Source: an uncultured virus (IMG/VR IMGVR_UViG_3300027986_000009) (Duplodnaviria > Heunggongvirae > Uroviricota > Caudoviricetes). Taken from it: 64,000 nucleotides of DNA. The notes beneath the pieces were generated by a model, which was not told the origin of the DNA, searched no databases, and was given only the letters and a program-made list of their open reading frames with translations. The stretch is taken from IMG/VR virus record IMGVR_UViG_3300027986_000009. The stretch is one strand, 5' to 3'. The position numbers were made by a program, and so were the translations under genes. Of the stretch, positions 1 to 8,502 are shown piece by piece; positions within the stretch are counted from its first letter, which is position 1, and the number at the start of each line of letters is the position of its first letter.

Positions 1-351
1 GTTCGCGCCGCCGAGGTTCGCGCCGCCGAGGTCCGCGCCGCCGAGGTCCGCGCCGCGAAGGTCCGCGCCGAGGAGGTACGCGCCGCCGAGGTACGCGTCG
101 CCGAGGTTCGCGCCGAGGAGGTACGCGTCGCGGAGGTACGCGTCGCCGAGGTTCGCGCCGCCGAGGTCCGCGCCGCCGAGGTCCGCGCCGCCGAGGTCCG
201 CGTCGCCGAGGTACGCGCCGCGAAGGTACGCGCCGCCGAGGTCCGCGCCGCGAAGGTACGCGCCCGCCTTGATCGCCGCCAAGACAGCGGCTTTTAGGTT
301 CTCAGCTTCGCCCTCCCATAGGGTCGTACCGTTTCGATGCTCGATCTTCAT
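1..351 (-). CDS. Pentapeptide repeat protein (runs off window start)
   Basis: ATG at 351 after [42 protein letters not shown] then A(D/Y/N)L(G/R)(G/D) pentapeptides encoded by 15-bp tandem repeats. Confidence 0.9.
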   Translation of the reverse strand, partial: MKIEHRNGTTLWEGEAENLKAAVLAAIKAGAYLRGADLGGAYLRGAYLGDADLGGADLGGADLGGANLGDAYLRDAYLLGANLGDAYLGGAYLLGADLRGADLGGADLGGANLGGAN

Positions 352-365
352 GGTCCCTTTCCTTT

Positions 366-431
366 CGTCGCGATCGGCCCCTCGATAACTGCGCATCACG
401 CCAAGTCCTTACCGAGAGGCCGATCGCGACG
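366..431 (-). promoter_or_regulatory. Long RNA hairpin upstream of the pentapeptide gene RBS
   Basis: 23-nt arms at 366-388 and 409-431; both mismatches are G-U wobbles on the minus-strand transcript. Confidence 0.75.
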
Positions 432-476
432 GGCCGAGGAGACTCATTCCCCGGCCGTCGCTCCCTTGTCCGTTAT

Positions 477-887
477 CTAGGTCGCCACCTCCTGCGTTTC
501 CGCTTCGTCTTCCTCGGGAAGATCGTCAAGCTCGGCCTGGACTTGGCTCTCAAGGTCGCGCCGCACGGCGCAGTAGGCCAATTGCGCCATGGTCGGATTC
601 TCGAGACCCATGTCTCGCGCTTCGTCGGTCGGGTCTCCGTCACACGCAAGGAGTGCTTGGTAGTTCGCGTGTGTGTAGATGACGTAGTGCGAGCCGTCCG
701 CATCCTCGTGGACTGCGTCGCTGACCTCGTCACGCTCGACGTCGCCCGACTTGACGCGCTCGACGATGTCCTTTGCCATCGCGCGGATGGTCGTCCAGTA
801 GTCCGCTCGCAGGATGCGAAGCGCTACGTCTACTTGCTCGTCGGTCGGGCCCTTGTCCGAGTCCCATTCGGTAGAGATCGTTTTCAT
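477..887 (-). CDS. Acidic Ocr (T7 gp0.3)-like DNA mimic, putative anti-restriction protein
   Basis: DEVSDAVHEDADGSHYVIY resembles the Ocr segment DDLHDAIHMAAD..HYY; acidic C-tail; strong RBS. Confidence 0.55.
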   Translation of the reverse strand: MKTISTEWDSDKGPTDEQVDVALRILRADYWTTIRAMAKDIVERVKSGDVERDEVSDAVHEDADGSHYVIYTHANYQALLACDGDPTDEARDMGLENPTMAQLAYCAVRRDLESQVQAELDDLPEEDEAETQEVAT

Positions 888-909
888 GGTCGTTTCCCCT
901 TTCAAGAGT

Positions 910-936
910 GAGACGCGCTAGGCGCCTCTTTATTCA
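910..936 (-). promoter_or_regulatory. ECF-like promoter repeat copy
   Basis: TGAATA-N15-CGTCTC. Confidence 0.7.
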
Positions 937-1401
937 CGCGTAGATCCGTCCGTCGTCGCCGATGTAGAGCTCACACTCGCCGAACGCTTTCGAAGCTTCC
1001 GTAAGCGCCGTTGCGTGCGGCTCGGGCCAATCGCCGTCCCAGAAACCCGCGCCATGGCCTCCGCGCGTAAGCCAGAAGTCGTGCCCCGCGCGCGACGGTT
1101 TCCACGCGGGCGACTTGACCGCGGCTTTGACCGCGTCCGTCGCCAGGAACCGATCGCAGTCACGAAGCATGGTTTCGAGGGTCTCGGGCGCCAGATCGGA
1201 CGCATCGTGTACCTCGTCCAGCGGTTCCCCACCCTGATCGTCGGTGTTCGTCATTGACGACCAAAACGCACATTCGATGTACGCGATCGTAAAGTCGTCA
1301 AGGCGCGAGTCTGAGCCGCGCATTCGCTCGAGTACCGCGAACGTGTCGCTTGGCATCCAATTGCGTCCGATGGCTTCGATCGAATCTTGTAAGCACCCCA
1401 T
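934..1401 (-). CDS. Phage hypothetical protein
   Basis: RBS GAAAGGG before ATG 1401; GHDFWLTRGGHGAGFWDGDW motif recalled from phage proteins. Confidence 0.8.
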   Translation of the reverse strand: MGCLQDSIEAIGRNWMPSDTFAVLERMRGSDSRLDDFTIAYIECAFWSSMTNTDDQGGEPLDEVHDASDLAPETLETMLRDCDRFLATDAVKAAVKSPAWKPSRAGHDFWLTRGGHGAGFWDGDWPEPHATALTEASKAFGECELYIGDDGRIYA

Positions 1402-1446
1402 GGCCGTTCCCTTTCGTTGCTTGCACTCTCGGTGCGTGCGCTGCGT

Positions 1447-1474
1447 TGGACGGAGCGCACGGGGCGAGAATTCA
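1447..1474 (-). promoter_or_regulatory. ECF-like promoter repeat, degenerate copy
   Basis: TGAATT-N16-CGTCCA. Confidence 0.55.
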
Positions 1475-2167
1475 AACGTCGCGGTCGGAAGGTTGCGGAT
1501 CGGCGCACGAGCGGTCTGCGTCATCGTCGTCGTCGCTTGCCTCTGGTGCCGGAACATAGACACTCCACGTCACATAGAACTGGCTTTGCTCGTCCTTATG
1601 AAACAGGAACCGCTTGACGCCGAGCCCTTCCAATTGCTTGGCCATCTTGCGCGGATCGTCCGTCTGGCCAGGGTGCCAACCTGTCTCGAAAGAATCCTCA
1701 TTCAGGCGCACATACCCATGCTCGCCAGGGTCGATCGAACCGATCGAATTGAAACCGTGCTCGTCGGCGAGACGCGAAAGGTACTCTTCTGGATCCATGC
1801 AGTCGGTGCAGACGATCGAGCCGTCGCCTACCTCGAATTCAGGTTGCCACGAGTAGCAATCGGGCTCCGTCTGGATCAGGCGCCCGCAGTCATCGCACGA
1901 CGAGACCTGATCGGACCATTCGAGCTCGCCGCCCATGCGTTCCAGGATGTCTCCTAGGCGCCGCATGATGTTTCCAGGGACGTCCACGTACCTGTTTCCC
2001 TGGCGCGTCTGATCGTTGTTCCAATTGGCAACGAATATGCCGGCCTTCGGCGCTTCTCGGCCGTCCGCGTATTCGCGATACCACTGAATGTCTGACGCGT
2101 GCGAATTGCATAGGCCGAGTTTTTTCGCCATGCGTTCGGCCACTTCAATAACGAATCCCGGTGTCAT
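1472..2167 (-). CDS. Hypothetical acidic protein with two CxxC motifs
   Basis: RBS GAAAGGGGAAACGACC-ATG identical to that of the gene starting at 887; CDDC and CTDC. Confidence 0.8.
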   Translation of the reverse strand: MTPGFVIEVAERMAKKLGLCNSHASDIQWYREYADGREAPKAGIFVANWNNDQTRQGNRYVDVPGNIMRRLGDILERMGGELEWSDQVSSCDDCGRLIQTEPDCYSWQPEFEVGDGSIVCTDCMDPEEYLSRLADEHGFNSIGSIDPGEHGYVRLNEDSFETGWHPGQTDDPRKMAKQLEGLGVKRFLFHKDEQSQFYVTWSVYVPAPEASDDDDDADRSCADPQPSDRDV

Positions 2168-2215
2168 GGTCGTTTCCCCTTTCGTCTGCACACTCGCTGC
2201 TGCCTTCCGCCCGGA

Positions 2216-2242
2216 TAGACGGAAGGCAGGGACGAATATTCA
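2216..2242 (-). promoter_or_regulatory. ECF-like promoter repeat copy
   Basis: TGAATA-N15-CGTCTA. Confidence 0.75.
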
Positions 2243-2452
2243 GAGTCCAGCGTCTGCGTTGTCTTGTTCGATCAGAATCGGGCAATTCGGTTCGTGAAAA
2301 CCGTACGCGTCCAGCAGTCCGCAATCAGGGCACGCTTGGCACCCACACAAGACGTTACCCCGACCGTCGCAAGACCAATCATCGTCGGAGCCGCATTCCA
2401 GGCACTTGCCTGGCGTGACGGTCCGCCACCCTGTAAAAACTGTCGTCGCCAT
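2240..2452 (-). CDS. Small Cys-rich (zinc-binding) protein
   Basis: RBS GAAAGGG; CLEC, CGCQACPDC. Confidence 0.75.
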   Translation of the reverse strand: MATTVFTGWRTVTPGKCLECGSDDDWSCDGRGNVLCGCQACPDCGLLDAYGFHEPNCPILIEQDNADAGL

Positions 2453-2476
2453 AGGTTTTCCCTTTCCTTGAGAGGA

Positions 2477-2503
2477 TAGACGGACGCGCGCCGCGAATAT
2501 TCA
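2477..2503 (-). promoter_or_regulatory. ECF-like promoter repeat copy
   Basis: TGAATA-N15-CGTCTA. Confidence 0.75.
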
Positions 2504-2935
2504 CGCGGTCGCGGCAGAAAAAGGCACGCGTCCGTCGTCCACGTCCAGACGTAGCGCGAAGTCGAAGGCCTCGCCGATGACATCCTTGATCTCGTTTCGG
2601 TTCGGGCCCGAGATCGTAAGGCGGAAGCCGAACGCGAGCGACGGACGGACCGTTACCGTGTGCTCGGTCCACCCATCGTAAGATCCGTGCTGATTCATGT
2701 GGTGAAAGGACGTCGAAAAGACGATCTTTTCTTCCGTACTGACGTCCAGATCCAACGTTGTCCCGGAATCGAAGCCCGAGCCGTGCGGGAAGTGCTCGTG
2801 AACGAGATCGAGTGCGCGCTTTTCGTGCTTCGCGCCCCATTCTTCATTCGTGCCGCCGATCGCTGCCTTGTCGCGGCAACGCTTGTAGGCTCCGATCGTT
2901 TGCGCCAGAATCTTGAAGAGTTTTTCCGTTCCCAT
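2501..2935 (-). CDS. Phage hypothetical protein
   Basis: RBS GAAAGGGG; PHGSGFD...FHHMN.HG.YDGWTEH motif. Confidence 0.8.
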   Translation of the reverse strand: MGTEKLFKILAQTIGAYKRCRDKAAIGGTNEEWGAKHEKRALDLVHEHFPHGSGFDSGTTLDLDVSTEEKIVFSTSFHHMNQHGSYDGWTEHTVTVRPSLAFGFRLTISGPNRNEIKDVIGEAFDFALRLDVDDGRVPFSAATA

Positions 2936-2956
2936 TGTTTTCCCCTTTCGTACGGA

Positions 2957-2983
2957 TAGACGGACGGGACGCGCGTTTATTCA
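2957..2983 (-). promoter_or_regulatory. ECF-like promoter repeat copy
   Basis: TGAATA-N15-CGTCTA. Confidence 0.75.
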
Positions 2984-3178
2984 CGCTTCGATCTTGCCCC
3001 TTGCGCGTGCGCAATCGACGCACATATAGCGCCACGGGTACGCGCCTGCGTGCCGCGCCTCCCCAAACGAAAGCGCGCGCTCGTGAAACATGAACGCGCG
3101 ATCTCCGGCCCGCAGACGGTGTCCGCAGATTCCGCGTACGTCGCGTTTCATCGTTGCGTTGCCTTCTTTCGTGCCCAT
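2981..3178 (-). CDS. Small hypothetical protein (CGH...CVDC)
   Basis: ORF exactly fills the space between two motif copies. Confidence 0.65.
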   Translation of the reverse strand: MGTKEGNATMKRDVRGICGHRLRAGDRAFMFHERALSFGEARHAGAYPWRYMCVDCARARGKIEA

Positions 3179-3184
3179 GACAGA

Positions 3185-3211
3185 TAGACGGCCCTCCGCG
3201 TCCTTTATTCA
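3185..3211 (-). promoter_or_regulatory. ECF-like promoter repeat copy
   Basis: TGAATA-N15-CGTCTA-TCTGTC-ATG. Confidence 0.75.
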
Positions 3212-3364
3212 TCGGTCCGATCGAATATTGCCCGTGGCCGTACGTGGATCTTTTTTCCACGCGCGACGTTTTTCCTCTCGTACCATGCGCCAAGCCTGTT
3301 TCCGCGTGAGGAAGCCTTCCCTGATTCGTCGCTCGAATTCTTGCGGAAGCGGTTTCGGCCCCAT
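3209..3364 (-). CDS. 51-aa basic protein, not in ORF track
   Basis: MGPKPLPQEFERRIREGFLTRKQAWRMVREEKRRAWKKDPRTATGNIRSDR; starts 6 nt after one motif and stops on the TGA of the next. Confidence 0.6.
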   Translation of the reverse strand: MGPKPLPQEFERRIREGFLTRKQAWRMVREEKRRAWKKDPRTATGNIRSDR

Positions 3365-3370
3365 GACAGA

Positions 3371-3397
3371 TAGACGTACCTCCCTGCGTTCTATTCA
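3371..3397 (-). promoter_or_regulatory. ECF-like promoter repeat, first copy
   Basis: TGAATA-N15-CGTCTA-TCTGTC-ATG. Confidence 0.75.
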
Positions 3398-3401
3398 AAC
3401 A

Positions 3402-3451
3402 ATATTGCCTCAGCAGTACGGACCCTGTCAACGATATTGCCTCAACAGTAC
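3402..3451. repeat. 18-bp direct repeat pair (putative operators) flanking a minus-strand TTGACA
   Basis: ATATTGCCTCA(G/A)CAGTAC at 3402 and 3434, 32-bp period. Confidence 0.75.
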
Positions 3452-3688
3452 CACGGTAAAAACGTCGTTCTAGCTCTGCTGTAACGTCATCCCTTTCGGC
3501 TTGACACCGGTTTCGCGCCTTTCTGACCCTGCCCATGCGGCTCCCATCGGTTTCCCGCGCCAGCCCCGGGCGTCTCCAATGCACGCGATCCGCGGCCGGT
3601 TTCAGCGGCTCTCGCGGCCTGTTTCACAGCGCGTCGTACGGGCTACTCGAGGCCCAAACGGCTGAGTTTTCGAGCTCTAAATTGCATG

Positions 3689-3701
3689 TAAGTATATGAT
3701 A
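3689..3701. promoter_or_regulatory. IHF-like binding site in AT-rich patch
   Basis: TAAGTATATGATA versus consensus YAANNNNTTGATW, one mismatch. Confidence 0.45.
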
Positions 3702-3739
3702 TTATTGAGTTTTTCGTCGTTTCCTGCTCGATCGAGCTC

Positions 3740-3772
3740 CTACCCACGATAAGGGTGTATTATCGAAAGTAG
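3740..3772. other. Candidate tyrosine-recombinase crossover site (lox/dif-like)
   Basis: CTACCCACGATAA-GGGTGTA-TTATCGAAAGTAG: 13-7-13 inverted repeat, 10/13 match, upstream of recombinase. Confidence 0.55.
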
Positions 3773-4137
3773 TGGCGCTCCGGGGCTTCCTGGCGCAGGT
3801 TTGCCGGATGCGAGCACGGAAAGGGCGCCAGACGCCCGTAGGCGGGGTTGGGCAGGGGACGGCGGCTGTTGGGCGGCGGAACGTTCGCGCGCGCGCTGGC
3901 GGGCAGCCTGAGGCGGTCTGGTGCCCACTAGGACCGGAGATCTACCGAGCGACGAAGGAGCCGGAAGCGGTTTCGGGTGTAGCCACGGCGCCTGTAGGGC
4001 AGTCACGGCTACGGTCGGCGGGCTTCGCCGAGCTCCGGGGCGCCTTGGACGCCGCCGCCGTCGAGGGGACGGGGCTGTTTCTCACCGAAAAGGGCGTGCG
4101 CCTGATCCGAGAAGCCCTGAGGGCGTTCCGTGGCTGA
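3772..4137 (+). CDS. Hypothetical protein (start uncertain)
   Basis: ORF overlaps the recombinase start. Confidence 0.4.
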   Translation: MALRGFLAQVCRMRARKGRQTPVGGVGQGTAAVGRRNVRARAGGQPEAVWCPLGPEIYRATKEPEAVSGVATAPVGQSRLRSAGFAELRGALDAAAVEGTGLFLTEKGVRLIREALRAFRG

Positions 4138-5233
4138 CGAGAAACCCGACGCGCTCGCCGTCGTCCCGCCCGCTCCCCTCGCAGCGGCCCTCGATGGGCA
4201 CCGCCAGCGCGGCGCTCAGCACGCAGCACGCGCCCGGTCCAAGTCGACGCTACGGGCCTACAAGGGTGACTGGGAGCGCTTCCAAGCCTGGTGCCGCGAC
4301 CACGGCACACCCTCTCTGCCGGCGGCGCCGATCGACATCTGCGCGTACCTCACATGGCTCTCCGAGCCCACCCCCGGAGTCGTCGGCCACAAGATCGCGA
4401 CGGTGCAGCGCGCCTATGCTGCGATCCGCGTCGCCCACGAAGCCGCGGGTGCGCCGATCGGTACACTCAGGCCCGTAAGCGATGCGATGAGGAGCATCGC
4501 GCGCCGACTCGCCGAGCTTCGCGTCTATAGGGTGCAGAAGAAAGCGCTCGAAGTCCACGAGGTCATCGCCGCAGCGGCGAAGCTACCCGACACGCTCGAG
4601 GGTGCGCGTGATCGGGTTGTGCTCCTCTTCGGCTCTGCGATCGGCCAGCGACGTGCGGACATCGCTCGCGTGCGCGTCGAGGACATCGAGATCATTCCCG
4701 AAGGCTTCAAGGTCACCATCCGCATGTCCAAGACGGACCAAACGGGCAAGGGCCACACTGTTGCGGTCATCCGCGCGAAGGACCCGAGAGGTTGCCCTGT
4801 TGTGGCGGTTGAAGCTTGGCGACGTCGCGCCGAGATCGAAGACGGTTTTCTAGTGCGGCGCCTCCACCGAACGGCGGGTGTGACTCGCAGTGGCGTCACG
4901 GGCGCCACGATCGCAGCCATCGTAAAGAAGGCAGCCGAATCACTTGGGCTCGACCCCGCTCTCTACGGCGGGCATTCTCTGCGTCGAGGGCTCGTCAGCT
5001 CCGCGGCGCGCGCCGGCCGCGATCTAGACGAGATCATGAGCACGACGGGGCATGAGAGCGTAGAGCAGGTGCGCACCTACATCGATTCGAGCACAATGGT
5101 GCAGCGCGCGGCCGGGCGTGGTCTCTTCGACGTCAGCCCCGCTACGGAGATCAATGCCGCTGAGATGCCTGCCGAGGTGATCGAGCATCCCACTACAGGA
5201 CAGCCGCTCACTAAGAAGAGAAAAAGAAATTGA
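4130..5233 (+). CDS. Tyrosine recombinase, Cre-like integrase/resolvase
   Basis: SAM-like N-terminus (STLRAYKGDWERF), RDR..GQRRADI, SKTDQ, GHSLRRG, TGH..VRTY catalytic set. Confidence 0.95.
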   Translation: MADEKPDALAVVPPAPLAAALDGHRQRGAQHAARARSKSTLRAYKGDWERFQAWCRDHGTPSLPAAPIDICAYLTWLSEPTPGVVGHKIATVQRAYAAIRVAHEAAGAPIGTLRPVSDAMRSIARRLAELRVYRVQKKALEVHEVIAAAAKLPDTLEGARDRVVLLFGSAIGQRRADIARVRVEDIEIIPEGFKVTIRMSKTDQTGKGHTVAVIRAKDPRGCPVVAVEAWRRRAEIEDGFLVRRLHRTAGVTRSGVTGATIAAIVKKAAESLGLDPALYGGHSLRRGLVSSAARAGRDLDEIMSTTGHESVEQVRTYIDSSTMVQRAAGRGLFDVSPATEINAAEMPAEVIEHPTTGQPLTKKRKRN

Positions 5234-5452
5234 AAACCTTTCGCCGAGTCGTTGAACCTTTGGACCATTCGATCGAGATCAACCTTTACGAAGTGATTGA
5301 ACCGTTCGGGCGACCGTCTCTCCGAAGAGAGATCGAACCGATAGTTTCACTGATCGAAAACGAGTTCGTGTCACTTCGTGTCATAGCTATAGAAAAAATT
5401 CTTCCGGAGTACGCCGAAGACGCCTACCGATTTCTCGCTAGATGCGAGCGGA

Positions 5453-6073
5453 ATGGGTGGACATCAGATGCTCGCGGGACTTGCGGCTGTCTACTTTGAG
5501 AGGATTCTGCACAAGCAGCCGGACGTCTCAGGTAAGACGTCGTGCAGTTACGCGGGAGGCTACGCCGACGTTGCAGCGAAAGACGGATCGATCTTCGCCG
5601 AATGCGGAACACTCAACCCGGACAAGGTCGAGCGAGCGATGCGTGCCGGCGTTTCTTTGCTCATCGTCCCTTGGGCTTTGGCAGACTACGGCGTCCTTGG
5701 GTTTCTTTTCGAGCCGAAGAAACCTTTGGGCCCCGATCCTCTGGAAGAGGAAGCGGCCGAAGTGGTGACGCGTGGGCTTGAAGAATGGGCTCCCAAGAGA
5801 TGTGGGGTCGCGCATCGCCTCGCTGGCGGCCGTCGCTCATCGCTCCCACCTCTCGCCGTAAAGAATCACCTTCACCTCGCGCACGATCTCCACGGTCGCC
5901 GCGAAGGCGACAAGGCTTTCGAGGGCGACCCGCAAGACTTCAACGATCATGGCGCCCCACCACCCGCTCGCAGACTTCGCAGCGGCCCTTCGGGGCATGA
6001 AAGTAGAGCGGCTCCGCCAGCGACGTCTTTCCGCACGCCGAGTAGTGCCGGCGCTTCCGGCCGGGCCTCGTGA
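5453..6073 (+). CDS. Hypothetical protein, possible PD-(D/E)XK-like fold; 3' part overlaps minus-strand genes
   Basis: YADV....IFAECG pattern. Confidence 0.35.
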   Translation: MGGHQMLAGLAAVYFERILHKQPDVSGKTSCSYAGGYADVAAKDGSIFAECGTLNPDKVERAMRAGVSLLIVPWALADYGVLGFLFEPKKPLGPDPLEEEAAEVVTRGLEEWAPKRCGVAHRLAGGRRSSLPPLAVKNHLHLAHDLHGRREGDKAFEGDPQDFNDHGAPPPARRLRSGPSGHESRAAPPATSFRTPSSAGASGRAS

Positions 6074-6275
6074 TCTCTTCCGGGAATGCGTGCTCTCGAC
6101 CATCCGCGGGGTCGCACAGCCAGTGCGGGCGCTGTAGCCCAACCCACGCGTTGTGCCAGCAGTCCGCATCGCAGACGTGACCGTGCATCGCTTCCACGAC
6201 GTCGCCGTTGGCGTTATCGATCGCGTCGGAGACGCGATCCAGAAGAGCACGGAGCATTTCGCCGAGGCCACTCAT
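5940..6275 (-). CDS. Cys/His-rich hypothetical protein
   Basis: ATGA overlap with upstream stop. Confidence 0.55.
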   Translation of the reverse strand: MSGLGEMLRALLDRVSDAIDNANGDVVEAMHGHVCDADCWHNAWVGLQRPHWLCDPADGREHAFPEEITRPGRKRRHYSACGKTSLAEPLYFHAPKGRCEVCERVVGRHDR

Positions 6276-7846
6276 GACGCCTCGTTGGTGATGCTGGCGC
6301 CACCCGGGTTGAGGTAGGCGCCAAGGGTTGCGCCGAGATCGGCGTCGAGGGCGGCGGCGCTGAGTGTCTTGCCGGCGACGAGCGCGTTGCCACGGGTAGA
6401 TAGTAGGCAACCCGTTGCGCCGTTGAGGGTGAATCCGCCAGTCATCAAGAAAATAGCTTCAGCCTGTCCTATCCCAGACGGATACGAAAATCGAACGGTG
6501 CCGCCCACATTGAGGGCTCCCGGACCCCATAGAGTGGCTCCAGTCCCAGTCTGACAGTTGCCGGAACCCACCACATTGAGCGTTTTCCCGTTCTCTATGT
6601 AGGCTTGGTTGACCGTCTCAATGCTTACCGTGTTGAGATTTATATTTGCAGCCAGTATGACGTCACTTTGTGAAGCCAATTTGATTCCTGTCAAACCGTA
6701 GAACGAGAGCGGACCCGGCAGCATCATTCCGCCATGAACCTCCAATGACACGTTGAACGCGTTTGTGTCTGTTGTGTTGATGCCGCCCGCCCAGTCGCAA
6801 TTGAATGCACCACCAGAAAAAAGTGGATTTTGTGTACCAGAGATGACCATGCAACGGTCGAAGCTAACTGTTTGGTACCATACACCCTGATTCAGACCGT
6901 AGAAAGCGTTTGTTCCCGGTAGACCGATAGCCGAATTTGGATCGAAGATTCGAATGTTCGAAACGATCGGAATGTTGTTAGGACTCAGCGCTGAATCGGT
7001 AAACCTTGTGGCTAACTCTACGAGGTTGACGTACGGTAACGAATAGACGACGTAGTTGTCTCCGTCCGCCCAGGTGTCCACTTCTGTTGGTTCGGTAAAC
7101 GGAACTGTAGGCACACCAAGAGGTTGAGTGATGGCCCACGTCGTTCCGCTCAAATTTTTGTACAGCTTTGCCTCTGACGGATGCGTAGTGTTTGCTATAA
7201 CAAGTCCGGCCGACAGTCCTGATCCCAGCACCGCGTTGAGCAACTGACCAACCAATTTGTTCTTCGACACAACCCCGCTTAGGGTTCCTGATTGCACAAC
7301 CGTTCTCTGTCCAGTGACGAGAAACTGAGATCCGTTCTCGATGAACGGACGTAAATAAATCGGTCCGCTATTGTCGGAGCAAGATGATACGAAATTGATA
7401 GTTGTACTCTGACGGAGCCTAGGTTCACGTGTTGCCCATCTTCGAACCATCTCGTCGGTGGTCGCGATCGGGTTGATCTCTCCATCGTTTTGGTCGTTAC
7501 CCCCAAACGATCCAGCAATATCAATTTTCCACGTCGGTTGCTGCTGCGCCGTAGGTATTCCGCCCGTAGCGATCGTAGTTATGCGTTCCCAGACGCCGTT
7601 GCCGCTCTTCGTTGCCTGGAACGTGACACCGTCAGAAGCTCGGGCGGATGAGCGCTTGAGTTGCCAGACGGGCTCTCCAGGCCAGCCAACCACACAAGCG
7701 ATCGAGCCGTCCGCGTACGGGACATCGTCAATCGACGACAGAGACGCTACAGATTCGACCTCGGCGACCCCACCTCGACCCAAGGATCGAGCGATACCCA
7801 TCTGGGCCATCTGCTCAACCGTTCGAAGATGAGCATTCGGGTTCAC
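6272..7846 (-). CDS. Putative spike / receptor-binding protein
   Basis: G/N/T/S-rich beta-type composition, GNDQNDG..PIAT motif, lower-GC body. Confidence 0.6.
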   Translation of the reverse strand: MNPNAHLRTVEQMAQMGIARSLGRGGVAEVESVASLSSIDDVPYADGSIACVVGWPGEPVWQLKRSSARASDGVTFQATKSGNGVWERITTIATGGIPTAQQQPTWKIDIAGSFGGNDQNDGEINPIATTDEMVRRWATREPRLRQSTTINFVSSCSDNSGPIYLRPFIENGSQFLVTGQRTVVQSGTLSGVVSKNKLVGQLLNAVLGSGLSAGLVIANTTHPSEAKLYKNLSGTTWAITQPLGVPTVPFTEPTEVDTWADGDNYVVYSLPYVNLVELATRFTDSALSPNNIPIVSNIRIFDPNSAIGLPGTNAFYGLNQGVWYQTVSFDRCMVISGTQNPLFSGGAFNCDWAGGINTTDTNAFNVSLEVHGGMMLPGPLSFYGLTGIKLASQSDVILAANINLNTVSIETVNQAYIENGKTLNVVGSGNCQTGTGATLWGPGALNVGGTVRFSYPSGIGQAEAIFLMTGGFTLNGATGCLLSTRGNALVAGKTLSAAALDADLGATLGAYLNPGGASITNEAS

Positions 7847-8070
7847 GACCGATCGTCTTCTTCGTCGCTTCCTTCGGCCGAAGCGTTATCAAGAAGCTCT
7901 TGAACCATCCGCGATCGGCTGATCGCGTGCCCGATCCGCTTGTCGATGACCGCGACCCCTCGCCTGGCATCGGCGAGAACGCTCTCCGCGCCCCTGGCGA
8001 CGGCTTTCGCTCCGGCGCGCGCGACGACACGCAGAAGCTCGGCGCCGAGGTTGTCGACGTCGCGACTCAC
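7843..8070 (-). CDS. Hypothetical protein
   Basis: GTGA coupling at both ends. Confidence 0.5.
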   Translation of the reverse strand: MSRDVDNLGAELLRVVARAGAKAVARGAESVLADARRGVAVIDKRIGHAISRSRMVQELLDNASAEGSDEEDDRS

Positions 8071-8207
8071 GTGGTCCTCGGATAGATGGCGCCTGTAGTC
8101 GAGGGCTGCGTGTTGGCGGCCGTCGCCGTCGAAGCCTTGATGGCCCACGCTGCGAGCGCTGCGCCGCCGGCTGCGCCCAGGATGAAAGAGAACAGACTGA
8201 ACTTCAC
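8067..8207 (-). CDS. Small membrane protein
   Basis: RBS GGAGG; N-terminal hydrophobic helix. Confidence 0.55.
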   Translation of the reverse strand: MKFSLFSFILGAAGGAALAAWAIKASTATAANTQPSTTGAIYPRTT

Positions 8208-8211
8208 GGCG

Positions 8212-8502
8212 TCACCTCCGTAGCTTGAGCTTACCTCGTAGGCTCGCGCTGTCACATGGGGCCTGGCAGGCGCTGACGCTACCCCCATCCCACAAACAGG
8301 CGATCCATGGCTCCGTCGAGGCGAAGCCGGCGTACTCCTCGGCGACAGCTTCCACCCCGGCATCATCCGCTTGAAGGCAGCCGGCCTCCACAAGGGCGTT
8401 GTAGGTGCGCACCGCGGGAGATACCACGGGTGCTGGGGGAGGCGGCGCCGGGGATGGCTTGCAGGTGGCCGCCAAGAGGACGGAGAGCGCGAGGGCTTTC
8501 AT
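8212..8502 (-). CDS. Putative lipoprotein
   Basis: MKALALSVLLAATC signal/lipobox then Pro-rich linker. Confidence 0.65.
   Translation of the reverse strand: MKALALSVLLAATCKPSPAPPPPAPVVSPAVRTYNALVEAGCLQADDAGVEAVAEEYAGFASTEPWIACLWDGGSVSACQAPCDSASLRGKLKLRR

Noticed and set aside
1..265. 15-bp tandem repeats as CRISPR or VNTR
   Set aside because: No spacers; they encode pentapeptide repeats in frame.
910..3397. Repeated motif as CRISPR array or classical integron attC sites
   Set aside because: Only the two boxes are conserved, the spacers are whole genes, there is no attC hairpin with RYYYAAC/GTTRRRY, and the recombinase looks Cre-like, not IntI-like.
5230..5499. Possible frameshift joining 5230..5499 and 5453..6073
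   Set aside because: No convincing slippery site or homology support; left unresolved.
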